A stretch of 62,517 nucleotides of DNA, counting the filler, from a bacterium (GTDB lineage Bacteria; UBP15; UBA6099; JAJRTR01): NCBI GenBank assembly GCA_024278215.1. It is 4 parts of 4 records of this genome, joined end to end, with 100 filler letters (N's around TTAATTAATTAA, not from the genome) between each part and the next. Parts side by side here need not be neighbours in the genome. Positions count along the whole stretch, not along the records: positions 1 to 21,305 come from JAJRTR010000085.1; 3 more parts are not named here. The stretch is one strand, 5' to 3'. This document shows positions 1 to 10,256 of this stretch, one piece after another. The stretch's first letter is position 1. Every line of letters starts with the position of its first letter. The notes beneath the pieces were generated by a model. It was given only the letters and a program-made list of their open reading frames with translations. It made no database searches and was not told where the DNA came from. Both the position numbers and the translations under genes were made by a program.

Positions 1-1
1 A

Positions 2-1276
2 GGCGACGTCTTCGTCTATGAGTCCGTCGCCGTCGTTGTCGACACCGTCAAAACCGCCCGCCTCTTCGTCCGTCGAGCCATCGCCGTCGTTGTCGAGGTT
101 GTCGCCGGCCACTATCTGCGCTCCCAGGTAGTTGTCCAGGTCGAAAAGCGGCTCCGAGACTATTATGCGCAAATGTATATACCTGTTTGAGGATATGTCA
201 CATGTATCGGTTGCAAAATGGCAGGGGTCCGTCGTGACGATGGGATTGCCAAAGTCGTCTTCGGTAAATCCGCCGCTGTATCCATTGACAGCGTCGAAAT
301 CGGTGTAATACTCGACTTTCGTGAATTCCGGCGCCTGGCCGTCTGTCAGAACACATTGCTCATGCGCCAGTGTGTCCGGGTCGGTGTTGATGTCCAGATA
401 ACTGACACTCCAGTTTCCGGCAGAATCCTGGATTCGCGCAACATAGCAGAATTTATCGGGAGATTCCGCGAGCCTGTTGTTTGTCGTCGTCTGGTCGGTA
501 TCGGTAATGTAATACAGAGCGCCGTCGGTGGAACCGGCGGATGACGTCCCGTACAGGCTGGGGTCCAATCGCCTGAATATCTGCCATTGAAACCGCATGT
601 CCGTTTCGTTGCAGTCGTACAGGTGCCCGGAAGGCGCGTCACACATCGTTCCGTTTGTTCCGTCGGTATCGGGCTGGGTACCGGGGTCCTGGAAAAACCA
701 CGACCAGTATGCCTGGCCGCCCGCCTTCGCAACCAGAGGGAATGTCACAAGGTTGCTACCCGATATATCAGGCGGCACCCTGTCCAGCAGCATCGCGTCG
801 GGATATTCCCATACACATCCCGATTCCTCGGGTAGATACAGGGTGCACCAGACCGAGTGCACGTCAATACTCGGCGATATGTTCTCTTCACCCGTATAAT
901 CAGTAATTGTTATCGTATCGAACGTGATCGTTTCGTTAGGCGGTTCACCGTTTGTCTGCATGTCGGCACCCGTATGAGACAGGTCGACGCGCGTCCCGTT
1001 ACACATCAGCCATGCCGTGCTGGCGACTATCGAAGAATCTTTAGTGAAGCCCTGGTCGCCCCGCATTGTTCTGTAAGGGTCCCCGGCCTGCGCCCTTGTT
1101 GCATCGGTCGCCGACAGGCGGATGACGGAACCGGCGTTGTTCGGACATCCTCCACCAAGCACACTGCCCTCGATGCTGACTTTTATCCTGTCGGCAAAGG
1201 CTGTTGTCGATACCATGCCTGCTGCAAAAAAAGCCGCAAGCACCACTATGACATACGTTCTTCCGAGTTTATTCAC
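2..1276 (-). CDS. Large secreted acidic protein, partial (runs off the left edge), with DNDGDG-type Asp-rich repeats
   Basis: Not in the ORF track because it has no stop in the window. Read manually from GTG at 1276: VNKLGRTYVIVVLAAFFAAGMVSTTAFA (signal peptide), open to position 2, ending ...DNLDNDGDGSTDEEAGGFDGVDNDGDGLIDEDVA. Confidence 0.75.
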   Translation of the reverse strand, partial: MNKLGRTYVIVVLAAFFAAGMVSTTAFADRIKVSIEGSVLGGGCPNNAGSVIRLSATDATRAQAGDPYRTMRGDQGFTKDSSIVASTAWLMCNGTRVDLSHTGADMQTNGEPPNETITFDTITITDYTGEENISPSIDVHSVWCTLYLPEESGCVWEYPDAMLLDRVPPDISGSNLVTFPLVAKAGGQAYWSWFFQDPGTQPDTDGTNGTMCDAPSGHLYDCNETDMRFQWQIFRRLDPSLYGTSSAGSTDGALYYITDTDQTTTNNRLAESPDKFCYVARIQDSAGNWSVSYLDINTDPDTLAHEQCVLTDGQAPEFTKVEYYTDFDAVNGYSGGFTEDDFGNPIVTTDPCHFATDTCDISSNRYIHLRIIVSEPLFDLDNYLGAQIVAGDNLDNDGDGSTDEEAGGFDGVDNDGDGLIDEDVA

Positions 1277-2032
1277 TTTAGTAGATTCTCTCTTTTTATG
1301 CTTATGTATATTGTAACCACTGATATACATTCTATATTATACATAATTATGAAGAATATGCATCTTTTTTTTACTCTGTGGTCCTGTTGATGATAATTAC
1401 GCCTACTGTTTTGGATAAAGATGAAAACTCATCAACCTGACCCGGCATAACCGGTATCTGGCCAGGATAATATTTCAGCTCACATCTCGAAACGCACCGC
1501 CCCGGTATCGAAACCACACATATTTCTACTCAAAATTTATGCCATAAATAAAACTGCGTTTTCTGCAAAATATTGCTGTTTTCTGATGATTACACGCTCT
1601 ATATATGTAATGTTTAACATATACGACATCGTTTGAGGCATTAATGCTTCACAAATGTGGCATTTATGCCTCATTTGCTCGAATCTGTACTGGAGAATTT
1701 TGCAATTGGCTCTACAGCATATTTTACATGACGAGTCGATTTTGTAACGGAAGAGAATTCATCGGAGTTTGCTTCGGGGTCGAGATGATACGTGAGTACC
1801 GTGCTTAAATGGTATGTGAGCGGTATCGGGGAAGACCGCATATTTTACCAATGCGGGTAAAAAATCGTGAGAATGGGGGACTCGCGATTTCCCGGCTCTC
1901 TTTGTGCGAAATCCGGGATAGGTTTTCGAAAAAACCGGACTTTATCAACAGCGTCAAATCCGAAAGGTTTCCGGACAGCGTTCAGTGTTATATAATTCGT
2001 AAGCATCAGCGAATCGGGGAGAATGAAATAAT

Positions 2033-3088
2033 ATGAAAAGAACAATATTGGTAATGGTAATTATGTCGGCGGCTGCGATGTTCGCGGTCGTGCGTGCGCA
2101 GGCGTTCAACATTCACGAACTCAACGGCTCGGACCTCGGTATGGGTGTGGGCGCGCGCGCCATCAGCATGGGCGGGGCGTTCACCGCGCTCGGTGATGAC
2201 GCATCGGCACTCTACTGGAACCCGGCGGCGATCACTGAAATGGATCACAATGAAGTCATGTTGATGATGGACATGGACCCGACGCGATATTCGTATAAAG
2301 CGGTTGTCTACAGGCCCGGGAGCCGGGCACGCAATCCGTACCACATGACATTCGGGCTCGGTCGCACCAACAGGCTGAAATACATCGCGGACGGCGACTG
2401 GACCGAGGGGAACGCGGGCCACCTCATCGACTTGAGCATGATAAATGTTGAACGCGATTATGTCGGCGGTCTCAATTCGAGGACAAACGACTGGCGCGTA
2501 ACTTTCGCTTCACGTGTCCCGCATTATGAAAACCTTTCACTTGGTTTCACCTATATTGACTTTGAATGCACTACTACTTTTTACGGAGCCGGCGCGGGCC
2601 GGATATGCCAGACTGTAGCCTACGACACGATCGACTTCGGACTGCATTACCGTGACAGCGAAACACGTCAATTCGGACTCTCTCTGCGCAATCCGATGGA
2701 GGCCACCAAACCCAAGTATATAAATATCGGCTCTGCTTTCTTTCGTGGCGACGACACTTTTACTTTTGATATCGAACACATCTTCGGTAATTACAGCCAG
2801 GAGTACCGCTCTGTGAATTTCCTTATGCTGCGCGCGGGAATGGAAAGGGACATGGGCAACGGATGGAAATTGCGCGGCGGCATCATTTATCCCATTCGCG
2901 CGCGCACGTCCACACTCGGCAACATACGCTCGAAAATCCCGTCTCCCAAGTTCGACGTAGCCGCAGGCGCGGGATATACATTCAGGAATTATGTTCTCGA
3001 CTTCGCGATATATGGAGACCCGGGCTGGGGCTATGTGAAAGAAGAGTTGCGGGCCCGGTCTCTGCTTACACTTAGATATAAGTTCTGA
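2033..3088 (+). CDS. Outer-membrane beta-barrel protein, PorV/PorQ (UPF0164)/FadL-like
   Basis: Signal peptide, N-terminal GARAISMGGAFTALGDDASALYWNPA motif, C-terminal Phe (LRYKF), GGAG upstream. Confidence 0.75.
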   Translation: MKRTILVMVIMSAAAMFAVVRAQAFNIHELNGSDLGMGVGARAISMGGAFTALGDDASALYWNPAAITEMDHNEVMLMMDMDPTRYSYKAVVYRPGSRARNPYHMTFGLGRTNRLKYIADGDWTEGNAGHLIDLSMINVERDYVGGLNSRTNDWRVTFASRVPHYENLSLGFTYIDFECTTTFYGAGAGRICQTVAYDTIDFGLHYRDSETRQFGLSLRNPMEATKPKYINIGSAFFRGDDTFTFDIEHIFGNYSQEYRSVNFLMLRAGMERDMGNGWKLRGGIIYPIRARTSTLGNIRSKIPSPKFDVAAGAGYTFRNYVLDFAIYGDPGWGYVKEELRARSLLTLRYKF

Positions 3089-3397
3089 GCCGCTTGCAGT
3101 ATTTTCAAAAATGGTATTCGATTAAAAAGCAAGATGCTATTACGAGGATCGCGCTCTGTAAAATCGCAAAGAATTCCCCAATACTTGCATCGGGGTTATT
3201 ATTACGTTGGATCAGCACAGCATTGAGAGAAGCGCTCTTTTTGCGCTTCCGGGCGAAAAGTTTTGAAAGAGTGTGAGGCCGGCATTGCCGGCTTCTTGTG
3301 CAAAGGGCGAGTATGTGACCGATCCCGAGTCGCCACCGCAACGCGGTAGAACATGTGTTATCCCGTTTTTCCGGATTTCTTCGTGAGAAATCCGGGG

Positions 3398-3892
3398 CTA
3401 AATATTCCCGGGGATATCCACCTGGTCGCCGATGTCGATGCTATGTTCATCGCAGTAGCCGCCGTTTACTTCGAGGACATATCTTGCGGGTGCGGCGGAT
3501 GTGAAAGGTTCGAGCGAGAGCGGCACGGCGTCGTGATTGATATCGACGATACTACCAGATGAATTGATGAAAATCATGTCGAGCGGGATAAGGGTGTTCT
3601 TCATCCAGAAGGATCGGGTCTGCTCGTCGTCGAAGACGAAAAGCATTCCGTCGTTTTCGCTGAGTGATTCCCTGTTCATGAGGCCGATCTGGTGTTGCTC
3701 ATCGGTTACAGCGAGTTCCACGCCGACAGAGAAAACTTCCGACGAAGAATTCGTTATTGTAACAACTTTGAGGCTGGTGTCGCGGGATGCGCCGGTTGGC
3801 GACCCTGTGCCGCAGCCTGTGATACAAACAGCTATGAGAATGAGACTATAGATTACTTGCGGCATTTTGCGAAGACTCCGCGGCGGGATCAC
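3398..3892 (-). CDS. DUF192-domain lipoprotein
   Basis: GLMNRESL..DGMLFVF, FWMKNTLIPLDMIF, YVLEVNGG motifs; lipobox-like ITGC; start uncertain. Confidence 0.85.
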   Translation of the reverse strand: MIPPRSLRKMPQVIYSLILIAVCITGCGTGSPTGASRDTSLKVVTITNSSSEVFSVGVELAVTDEQHQIGLMNRESLSENDGMLFVFDDEQTRSFWMKNTLIPLDMIFINSSGSIVDINHDAVPLSLEPFTSAAPARYVLEVNGGYCDEHSIDIGDQVDIPGNI

Positions 3893-3907
3893 CGCAACGG
3901 GCTTTCT

Positions 3908-4876
3908 TCAGAGGTCTATTTCCATACCTTCGCGTGCTGCGAAAACGTGCACATCATTCCGGCCCATCTTCTTCACTTTCAGTTGGCAATCCTTTTCTAT
4001 CTGTTCCAGTTCTTCATCGTAACGTGTCGGGTCGTGGTGGAAGAAAGCCAGCCTTTTAACATTCGCCTGAGTCGCGACATTTATGGCATCGTCGAAGGTG
4101 CTGTGTCCCCATCCCACCTTGGTCGGGTATTCCTCGGTGGTATACTGCGCGTCGAATATCAGCAGGTCCGCGTCCCTTGCCAGCTCTACAACACGCCGGT
4201 TCATGTCATCCGCTACCTTGCTTCCTTCGTTTATGCTTTCTTCATCGGAAGTCACATTCGCCGAGTCTTTTCCACTGCCTCCGAAAAGGAAGTCGTCCAT
4301 GTCGTCGCCTTCCTCCTCTTCGTTGAAGATGTTCGAGTATGGCTCCGTGTCGAATTCCGTTACAACGATTTTGCCGTTATATTCGAACCTGTAGCCGAGG
4401 ACAAGAATCGGATGATTGAGATATTTCGCCGTAACTTTTACGCCTTCAATTTCGAACGGAGGCCCTTCCTTAAGTTCGATAAACTCCATACTTGACGCCA
4501 TGTGGTCGAGAGGCACGGGAAAATATGAATACTTCATCTGTCCAGACACTATATCCTCGAGTTTTTCATTCAGCGAATTTACCGGTACGTACATACGGAA
4601 CTTGTTGCCGGGAATAAAAGCGGGAACAAAAAACGGGAACCCGTGAATGTGGTCCCAGTGCGTGTGGCTCAGGAAAATATGTGCATTGACCCTTCCGATG
4701 TTTCCGCGGCCCATCATATCCAGGCCGAGTTCCCTGATGCCCGTACCCATATCGATAATGAAATGTCGGTCACCGCCCGGCAGTATTTCCATACAGGATG
4801 TATTACCGCCGATATTCATTGTTTTTGCTCCCGGCGTCGGAATCGACCCCCGGACTCCCCAGAACTTAACTTTCAC
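3908..4876 (-). CDS. MBL-fold metallo-hydrolase (RNase Z/PhnP-like)
   Basis: FWGVRGSIPTPG, GGNTSC, SHTHWDHIHG, WGHST, FFHHDP. Confidence 0.85.
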   Translation of the reverse strand: MKVKFWGVRGSIPTPGAKTMNIGGNTSCMEILPGGDRHFIIDMGTGIRELGLDMMGRGNIGRVNAHIFLSHTHWDHIHGFPFFVPAFIPGNKFRMYVPVNSLNEKLEDIVSGQMKYSYFPVPLDHMASSMEFIELKEGPPFEIEGVKVTAKYLNHPILVLGYRFEYNGKIVVTEFDTEPYSNIFNEEEEGDDMDDFLFGGSGKDSANVTSDEESINEGSKVADDMNRRVVELARDADLLIFDAQYTTEEYPTKVGWGHSTFDDAINVATQANVKRLAFFHHDPTRYDEELEQIEKDCQLKVKKMGRNDVHVFAAREGMEIDL

Positions 4877-4920
4877 ACGAACACCCCACTTTAATGGATA
4901 TTAGGAACCACTATACATTG

Positions 4921-4982
4921 GAGCCGATTGCAATAATATGTTTGCAGCCGGACGTGGTAGAACATAATTGTGCAATTGGCTC
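4921..4982. repeat. 62-bp miniature derivative of MITE family A (two ends joined)
   Basis: GAGCCGATTGCAATAATATGTT...AACATAATTGTGCAATTGGCTC, matching the family A terminal repeats. Confidence 0.65.
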
Positions 4983-5004
4983 GTTAAGTGAATAGTTTAC
5001 GCAA

Positions 5005-5868
5005 TTACGAGGCGGTTTGCAAGAAAACGGATGCTCTTTCCACTCCCTCGACCAGCATTCCTTCCAGGTCTTCCACCGCTTCGGGAGTGATTCCTACTTC
5101 TTTATAGATACTATCCGCTATCGGTTCTATATAAGGGTTCCCGCTGAACCCCAGTTGTATTTTCTTACAGTAATTGTTGGCAATGTGGACGGAATAAACA
5201 AGTTTTCTGTTTTCACGGACAACTTTTCCCGGTGAATGATGGAGTGACATTGTGTCCTTCAATTGGAGCTGTAGCCCCCATTTTTCGGCCAGAAGCTCTC
5301 CGATCTCGGCATGGTTTATGCCGAAAACAGCCGACTCGTACAGGCCCAGCGGTTTGCCGGATTTCTGTGCCGCGTCGATAATCTTGTTGAAACCTGCCGG
5401 ATTGATTCTGTTGAGGACAATCTTCCCGATGTCGTGCATCAGGCCGCCGAGGAAATAATCTTCGAGGAGATTTTTGTGGATATTGATTTTTCGAGCGATC
5501 AGTTTCGCGCATACACCGGTCCCCAGCAGGTGCTGCCAGAAATCGTCCATATTGAAACCGCCCGATGTTTTTACGTTAAGCGTCTCGAGTGCGGCGGTGC
5601 TGAGCGCGAGGTTCTTTATCGTGTTGAGTCCCAGCATGACAATTGCGCGGACGGTTGAAGTTACTTCGTCGGAAAAACCGAAATATGCGGAATTGACAAC
5701 TTTCAGAACCTTTGCAGCCAGTACCGGATCGAGAGCGATGACTTTGTTGAGATCATTCGCAGAGGATGTCGGGTCGTTTGCTACCTGGAGTATTTTCGCA
5801 ACCGTAGGGGAAAGGCTGGGCATACGATCAATATGCCTTGTGACAAGGGCCGCCTTTTTTTCGTCCAT
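5005..5868 (-). CDS. HDOD-domain signal transduction protein
   Basis: MPSLSP, DPVLAAKVLKVVNSAYFG, FWQHLL, GLMHDIGK, HAEIG..LAEKW. Confidence 0.9.
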   Translation of the reverse strand: MDEKKAALVTRHIDRMPSLSPTVAKILQVANDPTSSANDLNKVIALDPVLAAKVLKVVNSAYFGFSDEVTSTVRAIVMLGLNTIKNLALSTAALETLNVKTSGGFNMDDFWQHLLGTGVCAKLIARKINIHKNLLEDYFLGGLMHDIGKIVLNRINPAGFNKIIDAAQKSGKPLGLYESAVFGINHAEIGELLAEKWGLQLQLKDTMSLHHSPGKVVRENRKLVYSVHIANNYCKKIQLGFSGNPYIEPIADSIYKEVGITPEAVEDLEGMLVEGVERASVFLQTAS

Positions 5869-5892
5869 ACCGGAAATTCTCCTATACGATTT

Positions 5893-7341
5893 TTACAAAA
5901 TATACCGGCTTAAGTCAATATCTTCGGCAATATCTTTCAACTTGCCGACCACATAGCCACTGTCTATTTTCACCTCTCCCTGCACACCTTCCGGGGCCTC
6001 GAACGATATTTCCTCGAGGAGTTTCTCCAGTAACGTATGCAGCCTGCGCGCGCCGATGTTCTCCGTCTGTTGATTAACCCGCGTCGCCGTCGCCGCGATC
6101 TCTCCTATCGCCTCTTCGTTGAAGTCAAGCTCCACGCCGTCTGCCCCGAGCAAAGCCACATACTGTTTTATCAGCGCATTGCGCGGCTCCGTGAGGATGC
6201 GCCTGAAGTCTTCTGTGCTCAGGCTGTCAAGCTCGACCCGCAACGGGAATCTGCCCTGCAACTCGGGAATCAGGTCCGAAGGGCTGCTGCCGGAAAACGC
6301 GCCGGCCGCCATAAATAGAATATGGTTTGTTTTTACAGGACCATACTTTGTAACTACCGTGCAACCTTCAACGATCGGCAGTATATCCCTCTGTACACCC
6401 TCGCGCGACACATCCGGGCCGCTGCCTCTGCCCTTGCGTATCGCAATCTTGTCTATTTCATCTATGAATATTATCCCGGATTGCTCGACCAGTTTGACCG
6501 CCTCCGCGCGGACTGCATCTTCGTCGATCAGTTTTTCCACTTCCTGGTTTAGCAGCAGTTTCTTCGCTTCACCGATTGTGACCTTCCGTTTCTTGCTGCT
6601 TTTCGGCATGAGATTGCCCATCATGTCCTGGATATTTATCCCCATCTCCTCGATGCCCGTATTGCTGAATATCTCGACCATCTTCGGGTTGGCGTCGCTG
6701 ACTTCGATCTCGACTGTATGGTCATCCATTTCGCCGCTCGCCACCTTTTCACGCAGGCGGTCTCTCATGCGTTCGAGCTGTGGTTTTTCTTTGTCTACAG
6801 GCGGCTCGTCTTCGGTGGATTGAAGGGTGAACGGTTTCCGTTTGGCAAACTTGGACGGCGGCTGAAGGATATCGACTATCTGGTCGATGACAAGTTCGGT
6901 GGCCTTCGGTTCGAGTTTTTCCTGCCGACGGCCCTTCACCATGCGGATACCGGCTTCCATGAGGTAGCGCACCATGCTCTCGACATCGCGGCCCACATAA
7001 CCTACTTCGGTATACTTAGTCGCCTCGACCTTGATAAACGGCGCGCCCATAAGTGTGGAAAGCCTGCGCGCAATTTCCGTCTTCCCGACACCGGTGGGAC
7101 CGATCATAAGGATGTTTTTCGGTATTATCTCTTCGCGGAGTTTTTCTTCGACACGTCCCCTGCGGGTTCTATTTCTTAAGGCGATTGCGACAACTTTTTT
7201 CGCGTTTTTCTGGCCGATCACATATTTATCTAGTTCGGCGACAATCTCCCGCGGGGTCAGATCGATTTCGTAGCCGCCCGCGACGGCAGGCGATGCGGGC
7301 GCGAGTTCAACAACTTTACTATTCTTCTTTTCTTCATCCAT
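5893..7341 (-). CDS. hslU: ATP-dependent protease ATPase subunit HslU
   Basis: [43 protein letters not shown]-terminal DLSRYIL. Confidence 0.97.
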   Translation of the reverse strand: MDEEKKNSKVVELAPASPAVAGGYEIDLTPREIVAELDKYVIGQKNAKKVVAIALRNRTRRGRVEEKLREEIIPKNILMIGPTGVGKTEIARRLSTLMGAPFIKVEATKYTEVGYVGRDVESMVRYLMEAGIRMVKGRRQEKLEPKATELVIDQIVDILQPPSKFAKRKPFTLQSTEDEPPVDKEKPQLERMRDRLREKVASGEMDDHTVEIEVSDANPKMVEIFSNTGIEEMGINIQDMMGNLMPKSSKKRKVTIGEAKKLLLNQEVEKLIDEDAVRAEAVKLVEQSGIIFIDEIDKIAIRKGRGSGPDVSREGVQRDILPIVEGCTVVTKYGPVKTNHILFMAAGAFSGSSPSDLIPELQGRFPLRVELDSLSTEDFRRILTEPRNALIKQYVALLGADGVELDFNEEAIGEIAATATRVNQQTENIGARRLHTLLEKLLEEISFEAPEGVQGEVKIDSGYVVGKLKDIAEDIDLSRYIL

Positions 7342-7345
7342 AACT

Positions 7346-7885
7346 TTATTCGAGTGTCTCCAAAACTACATTATTATTGGTATAAATGCAAAGCGAGGCG
7401 GCGATCGAAAGCGATTCCTTTGCGATCTCGTCGGCCGCCATGTCGGTGTTGCCGATGAGCGCGAGCGCGGCCGCCAGTGCCATCGTGCCGCCCGAACCGA
7501 TCGCCGCTACACCTTCGTCGGGCTCGATGACTTCACCGGTGCCCGAAAGCAACAGCATGTGTTCACGGTCCGCGACCAGCAGCATCGCCTCGAGCTTACG
7601 CAGGTATTTGTCTGTGCGCCAGTCACGGGCAAGTTCGCGTGCCGCTCGCGTCAGGTTGGTATTGTGCTGCTTCAGCTTTTCCTCGAACCTTTCAAGAAGC
7701 GTGAGTGAATCGGCCACTGCGCCCGCGAATCCCGCCAGCACCTTACCGTCGGCGATTCGCATGACCTTGTGCGCTGTACTTTTCATAACATTCGCGCCCA
7801 GCGTCACCTGTCCGTCCCCTGCGAAAGCCACCATGCCGCCACGGCGTATACCGATTATCGTCGTGCCCATTATTCTGTCATTCAT
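7346..7885 (-). CDS. hslV: ATP-dependent protease peptidase subunit HslV
   Basis: GTTI..., [36 protein letters not shown]. Confidence 0.97.
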   Translation of the reverse strand: MNDRIMGTTIIGIRRGGMVAFAGDGQVTLGANVMKSTAHKVMRIADGKVLAGFAGAVADSLTLLERFEEKLKQHNTNLTRAARELARDWRTDKYLRKLEAMLLVADREHMLLLSGTGEVIEPDEGVAAIGSGGTMALAAALALIGNTDMAADEIAKESLSIAASLCIYTNNNVVLETLE

Positions 7886-7953
7886 ATAAACTCTCCACCA
7901 TTGCCCAATTCAATTTGATCATCAGAAACCTGATTCCCTGCGATTATTTTTAA

Positions 7954-8025
7954 CTGGGGTGGCAGGATTCGAACCTGCGAATCCCGGGACCAAAACCCGG
8001 CGCCTTACCGCTTGGCCACACCCCA
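7954..8025 (-). tRNA. tRNA-Gln(UUG)
   Basis: Reverse complement TGGGGTGTGGCCAAGCGGTAAGGCGCCGGGTTTTGGTCCCGGGATTCGCAGGTTCGAATCCTGCCACCCCAG folds as a cloverleaf with anticodon TTG; CCA not encoded. Confidence 0.95.
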
Positions 8026-8085
8026 TCGCCATGTATTCAAATTAAGTCTAAGCTTGTGCGTTTTTCAATATATTGCGAGAATTTT

Positions 8086-8130
8086 GGGGACATGACTGGA
8101 ATTTGTCCTTTAATTCCGGATCGTGTCCCC
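8086..8130. repeat. 45-bp palindromic repeat (GGGGACA...TGTCCCC), copy 1
   Basis: Hairpin; 37/45 identical to 47476-47520. Confidence 0.65.
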
Positions 8131-8282
8131 AGGGAATTCTTCACTTGGTTAAAGTGTTACTAAGTTGTATATAAAACCTGCTTTGCACACGAGCCTGTCA
8201 ACAATTATAAAATTATAGGGGTTTTCCCTTATTAAGCAATAATTTCGTTTATTGAATTTCCGCAAAGATCAGAAAGAATGTT

Positions 8283-9050
8283 TCATGCCCGGTTTTCTAT
8301 AACATTTTTCACCAGCAGGTAATCGCTCTCTTTGTCCACATCGACACCTATTTCCGGGTCCGTTACCTGCACGGCGCCGCCATCCATACCTACGATCTGT
8401 TTAACTTTGTTCTCGAGCATTTCCAAGGTGAGAATTCCGAGCACGTATCGTATTATAAAGGATATACCGATAAGCCTGAGCATTTTCATTACATTCTTTC
8501 TGCCTGCGATAGCCTGTTCCAGCATCTCCCAGTTGCGCCGTATCACCAGCGGGTTCAGCAACACAAGATTGCCGCCTGTGAACACGCCGTCTTTCAAATT
8601 GAAATATGTTCTTTTAGTTTTCGGGAATTTTTCATCGTTATATTTTTTGTTTATTATAGGGTAATAAACGTCGCCCTTCACCTTTTCGCATTCTCTGAGG
8701 AATCTCGACACCATATCCGCTGTTACGAGAGGTATATCGCATGACGATATGATCAGCCTGTCGGCATCCTTGAATTTTTCGATACCCAGCCACAGGTTCC
8801 CAAGCATAGTATCTTCTGCCTCGACTACCTGGATCACCCTGCCCGCCAGCACATCGCGCAACGGGTCCACAGGTCCGACTACAAGTATCTTGTCGACCTC
8901 TTCGGCTCCGTTCAGCGCATCCACAACGTATTCGATCATATAGCGCCCACCGATTTTCAACAATGCTCTGTTGTCATAACCGGAACTGTACTTCTTCAGG
9001 TCGTCGGGCAGCGTGCCGCCCGCAAGTATCAGAACATCAACTTTTTTCAT
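8283..9050 (-). CDS. MobA-like NTP transferase family protein
   Basis: LILAGG, RALLKIGG, SSCDIPL, GVDVDK. Confidence 0.85.
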   Translation of the reverse strand: MKKVDVLILAGGTLPDDLKKYSSGYDNRALLKIGGRYMIEYVVDALNGAEEVDKILVVGPVDPLRDVLAGRVIQVVEAEDTMLGNLWLGIEKFKDADRLIISSCDIPLVTADMVSRFLRECEKVKGDVYYPIINKKYNDEKFPKTKRTYFNLKDGVFTGGNLVLLNPLVIRRNWEMLEQAIAGRKNVMKMLRLIGISFIIRYVLGILTLEMLENKVKQIVGMDGGAVQVTDPEIGVDVDKESDYLLVKNVIENRA

Positions 9051-9527
9051 TTCATTTCCACCCGCTGCTTTCCTTCACCTGATTTGTCGATTCAGCAATA
9101 CTATCAGAATAATTGCCGCGGTTCAATCAGTAATGAAAAACCTCGATCTTCGCAATACTAATGAAGAATCTCCTGTTGCGATCATTATTTGCGACCGTTT
9201 CGCTCGAAAACATACGCGCATTGAGATGTGCCGCTATGAAAAGGAGCCCTGAATGACGCCCCCGCCCCCCCTGATTTTTTTCGCTGGACTATTACAGTAT
9301 ATAGCAGATTGCTTTATAATGGTGTTTGAAGGAGTTTTGTACAGTTTTTGTTTTACCGGGAATAACGAGTTGTGAAGAATGAAGCATGACGATTGATGCA
9401 GGAACCGGACAGGAATTATCGGAATAGAATTGAATATTTTATGGTTTTCTTATAATGAAAGTGGTATGATTTACGGATTGATAAAAAAGGGTAAGACATA
9501 ATAAGCAAAATACGGATACGGCACCGG

Positions 9528-10256
9528 ATGGAGGAAAGGCGGATGGAACAGTTATTGCAGTTTGCAAGAGGCCCACTTTTCATAATGACATTTATGTTTA
9601 TGATGCTTGGGTTGTTGAGGCTGCTTGTCTCGCAATTTGTGTATATGACCGGCATAATAAGCAGGGCTGAGGGTAGCGATTCACCGGTCGAAAAAGCAGG
9701 AATTTCCGCTACTGGCTGGTTCGAGCCGGTCAGACAATTGCTGAAAGCGCGACCGCTTTTCGCTATTGCCTCTATAATATGGCATATTATACTCATTATT
9801 ACACCACTTTTACTTGTTAATCATGTGATGCTGTGGAACCGTGGGCTTGGGATCAACTTCCCGCTCGCGCTTACACTGAACAGAAATGTAGCGACAGCAC
9901 TGACAGTGATTACAATCGGGCTCACACTGCTGCTTTTAATCTTCAGGATCGGCAGCAAGGCGTTGCGCGAAAAAAGTGAGCCGGCGGACTTTTTTCTGCT
10001 TATACTTCTCGCGGTTCCGTTCGTGACGGGGTTCTTCGCCGGCCACCCCACTATTTCACCAATGAGTTATAACTCGATTATGTTCTTACATATACTCAGC
10101 GCGGAAACAATTTTTGTGCTGATCCCCCTTACGAAGCTGGCCCATGCGGCGCTCTGGCCGTTCGGGTCGCTCTCGACTTATTCATACTGGGTATTTCCGG
10201 GAGTCGGGGTCGGTAAAGACTCCGGCGAGTTGATTGGAGAGGAGGCCGGTATATGA
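9528..10256 (+). CDS. NarI/HmcE-like membrane cytochrome b subunit
   Basis: Several TM helices with His pairs (WHII..NHV; LHILSAE..TKLAHA); first gene of the redox operon; start may be 9543. Confidence 0.75.
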   Translation: MEERRMEQLLQFARGPLFIMTFMFMMLGLLRLLVSQFVYMTGIISRAEGSDSPVEKAGISATGWFEPVRQLLKARPLFAIASIIWHIILIITPLLLVNHVMLWNRGLGINFPLALTLNRNVATALTVITIGLTLLLLIFRIGSKALREKSEPADFFLLILLAVPFVTGFFAGHPTISPMSYNSIMFLHILSAETIFVLIPLTKLAHAALWPFGSLSTYSYWVFPGVGVGKDSGELIGEEAGI

